Positions 1 through 12,562 of a stretch of 64,000 bases of DNA are shown here, in pieces. Positions within the stretch are counted from its first letter, which is position 1; each line of letters starts with the position of its first letter. The notes under the pieces were generated by a model. The model did not search any database, was not told the origin of the DNA, and saw nothing but the letters and a program-made list of their open reading frames with translations. A program made the position numbers and the translations under genes. Origin of the DNA: Octopus sinensis (lineage: Eukaryota); assembly GCF_006345805.1 (NCBI RefSeq), contig NC_043015.1, forward strand, positions 37,820,001-37,884,000, in the 5' to 3' direction.

Positions 1-198
1 AGCAAGCACACACACGCATATTACGCGCGTGTGTGTGTAAAGCCTTTTGGATGGAGAGTGTATAAATTATATTGTAAGAAATCTCTTTTAATGCACCCAT
101 ATATGATAAACTTACTGTGTGTGTGTATTTTGATGTCTGGAGTATCATGACTACTTTCAGATATCGAAACTGCTTTAAAAATTTTTTGTATCTGCGTG

Positions 199-202
<4 letters not shown>

Positions 203-248
<46 letters not shown>
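203..248. repeat. (TA)n/(CA)n microsatellite
   Basis: Direct inspection. Confidence 0.95.
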
Positions 249-2190
249 TGCACGCAAGGGAAGCTTGCATATTTCTTGGCTGTGGTGACAATGTCTCTTT
301 AAACCTTATGTATTATATTGAACTGCTGCTGTTGTGTGTGTGTGTATAGCTAAGCGTGTATATGAATGTATAGATAATGCATGTGTATGATATGAACTGC
401 TTCACACCCACAATCCAGAGTAGAGCAGTTAGTTGCTTTCACACCCACACATTCAGATGTTTTACGCATGTGTGTGTGTATATATATATACACACACACA
501 CACACACATGTATATCAATTATAGGTACACACACATTGGTGATTGTGCAGTTAGCGGCTTGGTGTGGTATATTTTTAAGGCAGGTCTTTAAACTAAAAAG
601 ATTTTCTCCCTGATATCAAAACTGGAAACAATTTTGAGTGTGTAGATTAGAGACAAAGACTCTATTCTACCAAACACTGGAACTGGATTTAACTTCCACT
701 TGTCTCTCTCTCTCTCTCTCTCTTTATCTGAGGTTGATATCTAAATATTTTAAATATGGTGCTGCCTTCTCCTCTCTGAAATTCTAAAATTACTCGAGAT
801 AGACAGCCAGCTTTTTGTCTCTCTCTCTCTCTCTCTCTCTCTTTCACTATATGGGAAGTTCTTTGTGTTTGTGTGTGGACTGTATTGAAGATGGTGGGGT
901 GGGTGTTGTGTAACCCGATGCTACCCGATCCAGCAGGCCTGTGAGTCAATTCTGACCATCCCATACAGTAGGTTGTAGTTTAGAGGTAGCATAGCTACTA
1001 TTTCTAGCTCTTCAAGCGACCATGTAAAAGCTCTCGTCTAGTTCTGTTGTGTGTGTGCAGATTATTCGACAAATGTGTGTATACATACAGCCAGTCTCTG
1101 AGTTACGAATTTGTTATACGAAGCAGTTACACGTTCTGTTCGTATCTCGCATCACTTTACGAAGTGGTTTGTCTTACGGCATTGTGTGTGTATGTATATA
1201 GACTTCAGTTTTATTTTATGTAGTGTTTATAATTGTGTATATATATATATATGTACGCACAGCTTTTCGTTGTGTCGCAACGCCTTCCGCTTCGTTACGA
1301 ACTACTGCTGCGAGTCGAATTTTTAATGTCATTCTTTAATAGAGGCCTGTCCGTAACCCGAGGACTACCTGTATTATTTATGTGTGTATAAAAAGAAATC
1401 TACCGTGTTCACCCTATACATTCATTTGAGTGTGTGTATAGGTACATATTTGCCAACATGAAATGGCTATTGTGAAGAAGCAATGGTACGGCCACACGAA
1501 AAGTATTCCTGGATTTTTCAGTTGTCAAGAAAATGTGTGCCGCCGTCTTTGAAAAAGGAGGGCGGGCGGGTTGTTCCATAGAATGTGTGTGAAGCATTGC
1601 TTGACCTAGTGTTGCTATGGTCCCTCCTTGTCTGTCTAGAGAGGAAGGGAAAGAGGAGAGTGCAGGAAGGACATGTGGCGGTGGCGATGGCGGACTTTTT
1701 TTTTTTTTAGAAATGAAACAAATGGCTTTCTATATCTTTGACAGACACACACTGCTGGCTTTTAAATTAATGTGAAAGGACTTCTCTGTCGATTTAACAC
1801 GACATACTTTCTTATATATAATTAACATGTGTGATAATATATATTTATGGAGATAAACAGTTCCTGGCTTGTTAACCCTGTTCTATAGCATTACTCACTG
1901 GCTTTTTAAATTTCTTTTTCTTTTCGTTTTTACCTAAGGGTACGTTCTATTTTGATAAAGCATGTGTGTGTGTGTGTGTATGTATATATATATAACACGC
2001 GCGCGCACATCGCCCGCGATGAAGCCTCGTCGTATGAAAATGTCTTTGTTCCGAAACAAAGAGATCTGAACCATTGCGATACGGTTTCGCTGTCTGTGTG
2101 AGACATTTGGCTTTAAATTCAGATTCAATGAATTTTCGGTAATGTTTTCACCCTATTTATTAATTTACTTAATGCGTGTGTATGTATATA

Positions 2191-2230
<40 letters not shown>

Positions 2231-2442
2231 ACATGTCCACGTTTTCTGTTAATCACATGGCCCTATGCGTCTTCAATTTTCACTCAATCATCCATGTGAT
2301 GTTTTTTTTTCATTGACTAATATATATATGATAGCCTTATATATATATAGATATATATATAGATATATCCATGTATATTTCAGTGTGAGTGCGTGCGCGC
2401 ACACGTGTTCGTTGTGTGAAATAGTTTTTTGCCAGAATTGCG

Positions 2443-2479
2443 CCAATCAAGTCGGATAATTTAACAAAGAGATATAAAT
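2443..2479 (+). promoter_or_regulatory. Candidate core promoter: CCAAT box (GCCAATCA) and TATAAAT
   Basis: CCAAT at 2443-2447 and TATAAAT at 2473-2479, in a visibly CpG-rich region. A donor-like GAA|gtaagg lies at 2735/2736. Motif-only evidence. Confidence 0.35.
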
Positions 2480-4239
2480 CTGGGCAGAGAGAGAGAGAGA
2501 GAGATAGGGGGTAGTGTGAGGAGCGCAGCAGTGAAAATGTACTGTAGTAGGAGAGAGCGGTGGGGGGAGAGGGTTGCTGTCTCTTGGCTTGGGCTTAGCT
2601 TTCTAGTCTCTTTGTCCCTAATGGTGTGTGCGTGGGTTCGCCACTGTTTGTCGTCCCTCCTCCTTTGTGGGTCCAGCGGTGGTGGTGGCGACCGTGTTCA
2701 TTGTCTACTCGGGTCGATGTTTGAACTAAAAGGAAGTAAGGCAAAGTTAGGTTAAAGTCACCTGCAAGGCCATCACCACCACTACTACTACTACAACTGC
2801 TACCTCCCCCGTAATTTATCGCCCACCGCCATCTACGTGTGGTGGTGGTGGTGGTGACCTCTACTACAGTAAAATCCCGCCAACTTGTCTCTCTCTCCTT
2901 CTTCCCCTCCTCACTCGCAACTGCCATATTCTTTTCTCTGTCACATTGACGAATGGATTTCGTTTTTAAATTGTAGTTCATTCAGTGAAGAATATCTCTG
3001 TCCTCCTCATTGTGAGAATCTCCGCTGGGTTTTTCTGGGGTTTTTTCCTCCTCCCAATGTGTATGTTCTCGCATTGCCCAGTGATCGGCTGAAATACTTC
3101 CATTAAGAACTTTGCTTTTGTGTCGGTCCCTTAGTTATCTGGTAACACCCTGTGCCCGGTTTTGACCTCGGAACAAAAGGGATCGTAACATATTTTGAAG
3201 TATGACAACCCAGCATTTTCAGTGGCCTAGGTGGGGAACGGGCGGAACAGCTAGGTTTACTTTCCTACTGCATGGTTCCGAGTTCGATCTTACACTAAGG
3301 CAGTTTTTCTCCGAGGATTGTCGATAAATATATAGATCGATAGTTTAAGGAATGGGGTCTCTAATCGATCGACCCTTGAAGTCGTTAAATATTCTCTAGC
3401 TTTTTTTTATATATATTTATAAGTTTGTAGAGTTTACAGTTCGATCAACGTGCACTGAAACTAGGCGATCGGGAATTTGCTCCTTTTATATTGTAGAATT
3501 TCCTTGTTCTTAGGTTTTAGACTCTCTCAACCTATGCCGTTATTTTGACCAAAACAAATTTGAGAAACAGAAGACCCCTCTCTCTCTCTCCCGCCTCAAA
3601 CAAAATACTGTGGACGTATTGATTATTCTTTGAAAATGATGGTTTTGGGTGGTGGTAATGACCGTTATTTGAACTCGTTAATGGATTGCGTGTCTTAGAT
3701 GTGGTGTCGGTTTACACTTCACTGAATGGTTTTTAAAAGTGGCTTTGCAATCGTAGCGTCTCCGGTTTCGATTGCAGTGCATGACACTTTTTGCTCGTCC
3801 CCCGTCCCTACTCTAGCTTCAGGGTGATCCAAGTCTTGGAGCTGAATGTGGTTAGAAAGTCTGAATAAACTGCCACTGTCACACTAATTTCCGGTTCAGG
3901 GTTGCAAGTGTCTATGGAATTCTCAGCCGCTTCAAGCAACTAGAATAGTCATCTTGGAAACCGATGGAGATCCATTCCCTTTCATATGTTATTAGACTTC
4001 TTTGTAATGGTAATTCCTTGTAGTGTGATGTATTGGTTTTGTAATGTGACAGTGACTGGAGGGGACCTTGTTTGCTGACACAAACGTAATAATCATAATG
4101 AGCTCAAAACCTTTGGAAGGTAGCAATGGCTGCAATCCAGTGATTAAAACCCGTTAAGACTCAGAAGCAATGACTTCTACCCTTACCCCACACACAGAGC
4201 CAGTCATTGCTGCAAGGGTATGCTGAGCATGTGGCACAG

Positions 4240-4455
4240 TCAAGTCTGTTGTCAGTTTGGCACACGTGACACACTTGGATTGATGCTGAAGAGGGTCTTG
4301 ATACTGATAAAGAAAAAATCGTCTCTTCTATGGGCATGTGGCCTGAAATTTTTGGAGTTGATTACATGGACCTCAGTGCGTAACTGGTACTTAATTCATC
4401 AACCCTCAAAAGGATGAAAGGTAAAGTTGATCTTGGTGGAATTTGGACTCAGAAT
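4240..4455 (-). mobile_element. SINE family M copy
   Basis: actggtacttaattcatcaaccctcaaaaggatgaaaggtaaagttgatcttggtggaatttggactcagaa. Confidence 0.8.
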
Positions 4456-4493
4456 GCCACTAAGTATTTTCTCCAGTGTTCTAAAAAGTTTGC

Positions 4494-4615
4494 CAGCCTT
4501 TAGCATTCAAACCGGCCATATCAGACCTCTCACACGTATCCTACAATGTCATTCTAAAAATGACCAATCACATCATTGAAATCTCATGGCTATGACATAT
4601 AAAGTGTGAATAAGT
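4494..4615. mobile_element. MITE family D partial copy
   Basis: cctttagcattcaaaccggccatatc..ctctcacacgtatcctacaatgtcattctaa. Confidence 0.7.
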
Positions 4616-4869
4616 ATTGGACAGAAATATGAATGCGAAGAAAGAGTTTCTGATAGTAATTGTGTTGCTGAGAGGTTTGCTTCCGCGGCCACGTGAGTAG
4701 TTTCACTTCGGTCTCACTGTGGCATCTTGAGTGGATTTCACAGATGGAAAGTGAAGGAAGCCCACGTGTGTGTGTGTGTGTATAGATTTGTATGTTTCTG
4801 TGTCTTTTTGTTTTTTTGACATGTGTAGTTGTTGTCATACAAGCAGTGCCGTTCATTTCCAATACTCTC

Positions 4870-4998
4870 CGAGAACCTGTCTGGCTTTGAGTCGGCACTG
4901 CAGCCTTGCTTAGAAACCGGATAGGGTTTGCAGTGGGAAAGACATCTGGCTGTAGAAAATATACTACAACATGCTGTCGTGTCCAACCCATGACAGCA
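4870..4998 (+). mobile_element. Family C fragment
   Basis: gggaaagacatctggctgtagaaa..gtccaacccatgacagcatgggaaa. Confidence 0.6.
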
Positions 4999-5519
4999 TG
5001 GGAAATAGGGTAGGTGTGTGAGGCTGGATCTGACCAGCTTGAACTTCCAATGAGTAGAATATTTTGACCTGATATGACTGGTTTAAATGCTAACCCTGTC
5101 CCCATCTGCAAAAGTGAAAAAGTAAGCATTAAAGCAACGTTAGTGATGTTGAGAACACAGTAAATAGAATTGAAATGGTGAGTGTTGATAGAAATCTAAT
5201 CCATCCAGTAAATGGAGAGCCTGCAGTATAATTGAACCATTGTGGCGGGAGCACACCCAGGTTGATAGAATGAGGACACACTGACTCACTGCTTGTGGTA
5301 GGTTTTGTTTTCATGTTTTGGATCAATAATGTCATGTTGGAGGCAGCATGTAGTAGCTTGGTGGTGGTGGTGGTGGCTGTTGCCAACAAAAGACCTGTAA
5401 TTGTCATGTTGAAACAAATGGGCTGATTGATTGTGTGTTGTGGTTGGTGGTGAGAGCTGATCAATTGTTCTGGCTCAGAACCTGCTTCCTGCCTTGGAAA
5501 GATCGGTGGAGGACAGAGT

Positions 5520-5770
5520 GTTGTGTCTTCTTCAAGCTGCTTAATTAGTTATTACTAAACAGCCTGTCTGGTATGGAAGCACAAAACACTACTCTGACAG
5601 GCTGCAGAAAGACTGGTTGGTCTCACATATACAACACACTTTCAGGTTCCGTCAACCAAGTTCACTCGCAGGGTTCAATAAGCTTCGGATTAATAGTAGG
5701 CACCATGCGTTGGGACTGAATCCAGAACCGTGTGGTTAGGAAGCAAACTTCTGAACAGCACAGCCACAGT
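5520..5770 (-). mobile_element. SINE family A copy
   Basis: gggactgaatccagaaccgtgtggttaggaagcaaactt..cacagccac is the reverse complement of the tRNA-like head. Confidence 0.75.
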
Positions 5771-6629
5771 TGTTGTTCGTAGTAGCAGTAATAGACCTCT
5801 CACTTTGTCGATTCCTCTGAACACTTGGTTTACCTCTAATTTTTGTTGTTTCTTACAATGACGGTTGACCTGGCTTTTGTGTCATTTTGGACTATAAACA
5901 GGGCCATGAGATCAAACTGTCATCATTTGGGTGCTTCATTTAATTCCGAAATGACCTCCGTATTTGCGCCTAACGAAAGGTAGAGCTTCCATAAAGAATA
6001 TTAGCAACCGTTTTTTTTTTTGTCATTTCTGTTGTGGACCGCTAGGCTAGACACGTCCATGTTTGCTTCAGTTTGTATGGCCCAGTGGATTCTGCTACTC
6101 GGTCCTAAGTTTGAATCGTACATCAAGCTCTTGAAAGTTAGGACTGCATCGGTTGTGTGTAGACACACAGACACACATTGAAATGGCTTTGTTGCCTGTC
6201 GCTTTGGGCAGGTGTCTCCAGTCTGTCCAAATCCTTGTGACTAGATTTGGTGGTTAGAATCTGAAGGAGATCCAGTATACAGACGTGTGTCTGTTTACTT
6301 TTGTGCTCTGCAAAGGCCCCTCTCTCACTGCAAACTGTGTCGTTAATACTCATCTCGTTAAGCCGTCTGCTCACTTTGCACCTTTTGAAGTTGTGAGAGA
6401 TAAGAGCTCCCTTTTTCACAAAACAGGTATGGGTTAGCAACAAGAAGGGTATCTGGCTGTACAATAATCCCTTGATAATGTCTAACCCCTGCCGTCATGG
6501 GGAAAGCAGACAGTACAAGGAAGTAGTTCCGTTCCTTTACAGCCAAAGATTATGGCATTGTATTGACAAAAGCTTTCACTTTCAGTTTTTGTTCAACTGT
6601 TTGTCTAAACCTTTGCATCGTCTCCATCA

Positions 6630-6800
6630 TCGTTGTCATTTAACATCCATCTTCCATGCTGGTATGAGTTGGACAGGAGCTCAAAAGCCAGGGGACTGCA
6701 CCAAGCTCTTATCTGCTTTGGCCCCATTTCTGTGGCTGGGTGTCCTTCCTAAAGCCAACCGCTTTACAGTCGGCTGGGTACTTTGTGTTGGAATGGTTAC
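6630..6800 (-). mobile_element. Family C copy, degenerate
   Basis: tttaacatccatcttccatgctggtatgagttggacag..gctgggtgtccttcctaaagccaacc. Confidence 0.75.
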
Positions 6801-6993
6801 AGTAAAACACTTGCTTAAACACCCTGTAGTTTTGTGTTCATAGCCATTGTGCAACACTGGGCAGGTATCTTATTGTTTTAGGCTGACCAATGCCTTTTGG
6901 ATAGAATTTTTTAAGAGGAAACTATAGGAAGCCTGCTATGTGTTTTTGTGTTGCCCTATTATTTTGATATATCTGTTGACCAAGAAACTGTTG

Positions 6994-7179
6994 TTCAGCC
7001 CTTTAGCATTTAAACTGGTCATATCCAACCCAAACATTTTGCTTTATTTCCAAAGAAGCCAGGTTTGGCCTCTCTCACCTGCCCTACTTGCAATGACGAG
7101 ACAATGTGTGATTATTTTAAAACAACGTGAATCAATAAACATTACATTTGACAGAGTAATCCGAGTACTAAAGTTTTAA
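6994..7179. mobile_element. MITE family D copy, opposite orientation
   Basis: ccctttagcatttaaactggtcatatcc..ctctcacctgcccta..gtactaaagttttaa. Confidence 0.75.
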
Positions 7180-7599
7180 AACCATTCCTTGGTCTGCTTG
7201 GTCAGGTCTGACCTGGGATTAAACTGGTGTTTGCTTTTTTCTTTCTCTCTCTCCTTGATTTTTTTCTTCTTATCAATCCTATCATACTTGAACTACCACT
7301 ACACTAGACATCCCAGTCAGTGAACAGTGTTTCTCTTAGAATGCAGCTAAATGTTTTAATATTGAATTATCTGAGGATACATGTAGGTGCATGAAGACAC
7401 ATGACCTAATAGTTAGGCTGTTGCACTCATGATCCCTAAATTGTATTAGGTTCAATCCCCAGACCATGTGGTGCTTCAGTTGAAAGTGGGTAACTGTGCA
7501 GCAAACTGGCTTTTTAATGGGGTGGGGTTGGGGCTGGCCTGTCAAATGGACTGCCATCATTCAGAGGCTAAAACAGTGCAAAGCACATTGCGACCACAT

Positions 7600-8490
7600 G
7601 TAGGAGCAGATGTGGTTGTGTGGTTGAGAAACTTGCTTCATGAAAATGTTGGGTTTCGTGCTGTTGCCGCCTGTACAGCCCCAAGGCCAACCGACCCAAG
7701 TATTGGGAGTTGATTCGGTAGAAAGAAACTGAAAGAAGCACTTTGATTGTTGTAAATGATTGTCATGTCATACAATTGTTGTTGTTGTTTCCCTGGTGTG
7801 GTGTCAGGGAGAAAGGCATCCTGCTGTAGGTCTGGCACCGGCATGGCTGTGTGGTAAGACACTTGATTCCCAACCATATGGTTCCAAGTTCAGTCCTACT
7901 GCATGACACCTTGGGCTATAGTAGAAGCCTAGAGTGGATTTGGAATGTGGAACTAGACACATGCCCACGTCTTTGTGTTTCAACCCCCACCCCCCACCAC
8001 TTGACAACTGACAAAGGAGCTCGGTAGATTAAGTACCAGTCTCCAAAGAAGTTTTTTGGGTGGGGGCGATTTATTCAACTAAAAAAAATCAAGGCAATGC
8101 CCCAGCATGGCTGAAGTCCAATGAGTGAAACAAGAAAAAGTAAAATGCAGGTATGTTTAAGTTCTTTCTCTAAACATCTGTAGGCATGACCAAGTGGTTC
8201 TGGGTTCAATCACACTGCACAGCGCCATGGGCAAGTTCCCCCTCCCCTCTCCCATTTAGCTAAAGTTTGTGGGGGAAATTAATGGTTGGAAACTGCACAA
8301 ACATGTAATTTGTATATATGTATACATACATACACACACACACGTGTGCTTGCATTTCTTTGTTGGTTTGGCAAAAAAAAGAAATCAATAAGAATTAGTA
8401 CCAAACTTAAGTTCTGGGGTTGATTAGGTCAGCTAAGATCCTTCAGGGCAACGTGCCAGCATGGCTGCAGTCCAGTGACTGAAACAAGTG
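7600..8490 (+). mobile_element. Three consecutive same-orientation SINE family A copies (~7600-7745, 7840-8140, 8185-8490)
   Basis: Repeated heads (gtggttgtgtgg / atggctgtgtgg ..ggttc) and two ccagcatggctg..tgaaacaag tails. Confidence 0.75.
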
Positions 8491-9771
8491 TGTGTGTGTA
8501 TCATTTCTTTGCTATTGCCTGCAGTAACAAACCAGCAAGAGATGTTTATGTACATGCGTGTGTGTGTATAATGGCAATTGTTTTTGTTTTGACTGGTTTA
8601 TAGATGGACTATGTTTTTGTTTATCATTTAATATCCATCTTATATTGTTATAAGGTGGACAGTTCAACAGGACGAGTCACATTTGGAGGAAGTCTGAAGA
8701 AGTAATAAAGAGATAGTGAGTTGAGGGTTGTATCGGGGCTTGTAGTGAAAGAAAGGGTTAGCAGTGTGGTCTTGTCAACCAAAAGTTTCCAGGTTTTATG
8801 TTTTTTGAGTTTCGTCTGTTTCTCTTCCTTCCATTATAAACAGGATTTGTTGAGTGAACAGGAGCTGAACTGCTATCGGTTCATGTCCGCACTTGCACAT
8901 GCAGCCAGATAACAATTTATAAACTAAGTCAAGTTTAGTCAATCATACACACTCACACCTACACAAACAACCTGCGGTGGTGGTTGAACAATTATCTTAC
9001 ATTAACCAACATAGGTGTGTTACACTTAAGATTATATAATTGTGGGGTGGGGGTGTGCATGTATACACACACACAATATTCATTATTCTCAACCCAGGTA
9101 GGTAGATTGCATCAAGTAGTTTTTCCACTCATGCATTATTGTGTGTATAGACACGAGGACAAAGTAGTGTGGGGGAAGGGTTGCTGGTGTTGTTGCTAGG
9201 CGTTGCCATGTATTGTTTTTCCTCACAATATGTCACTCGTGTGTATGTGTGTGTGTGTGTGTGTGTTTCGGCCACCACTGGCTGTGTTGTATTGACCCTA
9301 AGCTAGTTGACTGCAATATATTTTCTTTAAAACATTTTGTCTCTGTGCGTGCTACTTTTTAATTAATCTGCATTAAGGAAACGTAGGTGTTGTCTCTCTC
9401 CCTCCACCGTGCACATTTCTCTGTGTGTTTAAACAGTCGCTATTTGCTAGCACAGACACTTAATCCCTGTTGTTTGGCTAGAAACTTCTTCCATGAATCA
9501 TTTCATTCTAGTAGTCTTGATGTGTGTGTGTGTGCTTCCTGTCTTCTGTCAAAATGGTTAGGTGCATAAAGTAGTATTGGAATCCTTCCAACTCTCTGTT
9601 CTATGTATTTGACTACGTTTCCATTTTGTTCCATATTCTTTACTCTGCCTCAGTCTACATGTCTGTCAATCAGTGGACTAGCCTGGGTTTTGCACAAAAT
9701 ACAAGAATGGCAGTATCTTCAGACTGGCAACCAAGTGCTTTTGCTGTGTCTCACATGTCTCTTATTGTTGT

Positions 9772-10140
9772 GACTCAGAAACCTGGACGTTATCAAAGAA
9801 GCTTGAGAGGCCGTTGGATGGAACTTACACTCGCCTCCTTATGAGAGCTCGAAATCTCTTGTGGAAGCGTCATCCAACCAAAGTACAAATATATGGGAAA
9901 TTACCACCTGTGTCATCTCTTGTGAAAGGTAGCAGAGTCCAGTTTGCTGGACATTGTTGTAGAGCTGAAAACGAGGTAATTTCTACTCTTCTCCTCTAGA
10001 AGCCATCTGCATCGATACCAGAGGGCGCATCTTCATGGATACAGATATCCAGCAACAGGACCTCCGTAATGCTATGATGGACCGTGAAGTCTGGTGTAAC
10101 ATAGTACATTCCATTGTCTCGACCACAGTCAAACAATGAT
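9772..10140 (+). mobile_element. 5'-truncated RTE-clade LINE, 3' end of ORF2 (decayed)
   Basis: Translates as SETWTLSKKLERPLDGTYTRLLMRARNLLWKRHPTKVQIYGKLPPVSSLVKGSRVQFAGHCCR, then a stop and LRNAMMDREVW. This is a typical RTE C-terminal region; remnant GAT tail. Confidence 0.85.
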
Positions 10141-10509
10141 TTTAGTTGTGTGTCCTGGTACTAGAAACAAGAGCTGTTATAGGGGTTGCTCTATGATCTG
10201 TGGTTCTCGATACTTGGGTCTTTGTGGCACATTGCGCATTTTTTCAGTTAAATAGTTAATGGGGAGAATATCAGTTACCAAGATGATTCGCGTATTAGTA
10301 GATACTTTCTGTAAAGGTGTCCTTCAGTACATTGAGAAAGATTTTTAATGTTTGAAAAGCATTGTTATAGTTTCCTGCTGATATGTGAATGGAAATGCTA
10401 CTGACACTGGGTTTGGGGGTTGGAATAAAGTCCTTGATAGTCAGAAGTGGTATGATTGATAAGGCAGTCCGTTATACCATATCAGAGCATTGATCCAACT
10501 GCTCGGTTT

Positions 10510-10742
10510 TGTTTTTACCAATCGATCGTGGACGCTGCCAGCCTCCCCTGGTACCTGTGTCGGTGGCATGTAAAAAGCACCCACTACACTCACGGAGGGG
10601 TTGACGTTAGGAAGGGCATCCAGCTGTAGAAACACTGATGGATCAGACTGGAGCCTGGTGCAGCCTCCTGCCTTCCCAGACCCTGGGTGAACCATCCAAC
10701 TCGTGCTAGCACGGAAAACAGACATTAAACGATGATGATGAT
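10510..10742 (+). mobile_element. RTE-related short non-autonomous element (family C) with (GAT)n tail
   Basis: aaaaagcacccactacactc..gttaggaagggcatccagctgtagaaac..gctagcacggaaaacagacattaaacgatgatgatgat. Confidence 0.85.
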
Positions 10743-11119
10743 TGCTGGTTGACACCTCTTTTGCAGTGTTTTCATATCCTGGCATGAACCTAAGAGCTTC
10801 TTTGGAGAAAGGAATGTGTGTGTGTGACAAATCTAAACACTCGCACCTCTCAGACGTGATAGTGCTAATAAGTTTTTTAACATGTTAGATGTGTTGAGCC
10901 ATTGCCAGGGTGCAGTCAATCCATGGCTAAGGTCCATTAGCTCAAAGGTTCACAGACTGCTGCTTGCATTAAAATATAACCTCCAACCCCTTTTTGTATT
11001 GTTGAGACAGATTTTGCATACTTTGATACTTTGATAGGTTTCGGCCAATTGATTTTTTTTTTTTTTTTCCAGTGGTATTTAGTAATTGTGTTGAAAACCT
11101 TAATTTAGTTGAATGAAGC

Positions 11120-11345
11120 AATTAGCGTGCATGCTAGCCAAATGGTTCGCCTGTGAGGAATGCTTGGCAGCATTTCATCCGTCTTTGCATTCTGAGTCCA
11201 CATTCCACCAGTTTTGCCTTTCATCTTTCCAGAGTCGATAAAATAAGTACCAGTTGAATACTGGGGGGGGGGGGGGGGTTCGATATAATTGACCCCCTCC
11301 CCAAAACTGCTGGCTTTGTGCCTAGGTTAGAAATAATTGGAATGG
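11120..11345 (+). mobile_element. SINE family M copy
   Basis: ttctgagtccacattcc..gcctttcatctttccagagtcgataaaataagtaccag. Confidence 0.85.
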
Positions 11346-12169
11346 CAAGTTATCAGAATCAGTGGAGCATCGGGCAAACAGCTTTGCAATATTTATTCAG
11401 GCTTTTCCCAGATTTGAGATGAATTTGCTTTCCATCCCTCTGCAAATACCAGTCATATTACCAGGGTTTGACTGCTATCCCTCCTGTCAGTTTTGCTGGC
11501 CTCAAGCCTAAATTAGAAACCATTATAGTTCTCCGGCTTTTGCATATATTTTTAGTGTTTCTCTAATGCCAAGGATTTATTTTGAAATAAAAGCAAGAAT
11601 TGGGTCAAATTAGTTTTGTTTATCGTTCAGATAGTTTGATATATTATTTGGTGGTGGTGGTGGTGTTGAGTTGTTGCCAGATGGAGCTGTCTTAACATAG
11701 CTTAGCTTGGAATTTAATGCCAGTCAAAGACTGCAGACCAATCTTATTGGAAACATTAAACAGCAATTAATTGTCTGTCAGATATTTAACAGAATTCAGC
11801 TTTGAATGGTTAGCCATCTTTTATACAGCACCAGTGCTGCTACTGCTAAAGGTTAAAAATAATGGATGCGTGGATTTTTTTATTATTATTACCGTTTAGT
11901 CCCAATCAGTTGCGTCCTTCCTCTCCGTAAAGTAGTAAGGAGTTAGTTGCCATTTCTGGTGACCAGCTTTTATTTTCTAATGTTTTTTTTGGGTTTTTTT
12001 TCATTGGTCTGTGGCTGTGCTGGGACACTGCCCTAAATCGACCACAGTACTTATTTATAAACTTTAATACTTCTCTCTTTTACCAAACTAAGATGCAAGG
12101 ATATAAACAAAGCAACACCAGTCATGATGGTGTGATTGGAAGGCATCAAGCACATGCACACAGCACTTG

Positions 12170-12300
12170 AAGTTTCTATCTATCAAATTCACTCAATCCA
12201 GGGTTTATTGTAAGCACTTGTGGGAGAGTGCCACATGGTGGGACTGAACCAAAAACCATGTGGTTTGGAAGCCAACTTGTTAGCTCACAGCCATGGCTGC
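12170..12300 (-). mobile_element. SINE family A copy
   Basis: gggactgaacc..accatgtggtttggaagc..cacagccatg is the reverse-complement head. Confidence 0.75.
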
Positions 12301-12376
12301 AGCATGTTGCTGTTTGCTCGTTTTCAGGCTCAGCTTTATTCTTAACCGTTTCCCATTCAGACGATTCAGTCAAATG

Positions 12377-12562
12377 TAACTCCTTTATTCACATTGCTTT
12401 CTATTAATCCTGCATTATCTCTTAGCTTTGAGGATTTTGATGTGGTTAGTTTTTAGAATGACATTGTAGGGTAGGTGTGAGAGGATAGACCCGACTGCTT
12501 TGAACATAAACCAGGTGGAATATCTGGGCTTCATATGGCCAGTTTAAATGCTAAAGAGTTAA
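12377..12562. mobile_element. MITE family D copy
   Basis: ttagaatgacattgtagggtaggtgtgagagg..ggccagtttaaatgctaaagagttaa. Confidence 0.75.

Noticed and set aside
2595-2981. 128-aa minus-strand ORF with T/S/G runs
   Set aside because: Derived from trinucleotide repeats with a non-ATG start and no homology signal. A divergent transcript is not excluded but is unsupported.
4590-5129. 179-aa minus-strand ORF
   Set aside because: It runs through MITE D, family C and (GT)n repeats and has no recognisable domain.
11264-11278. Long G or C homopolymers (also 14016-14033 and 34894-34910) as G-quadruplexes
   Set aside because: Simple homopolymer runs, partly inside SINEs, with no positional pattern.
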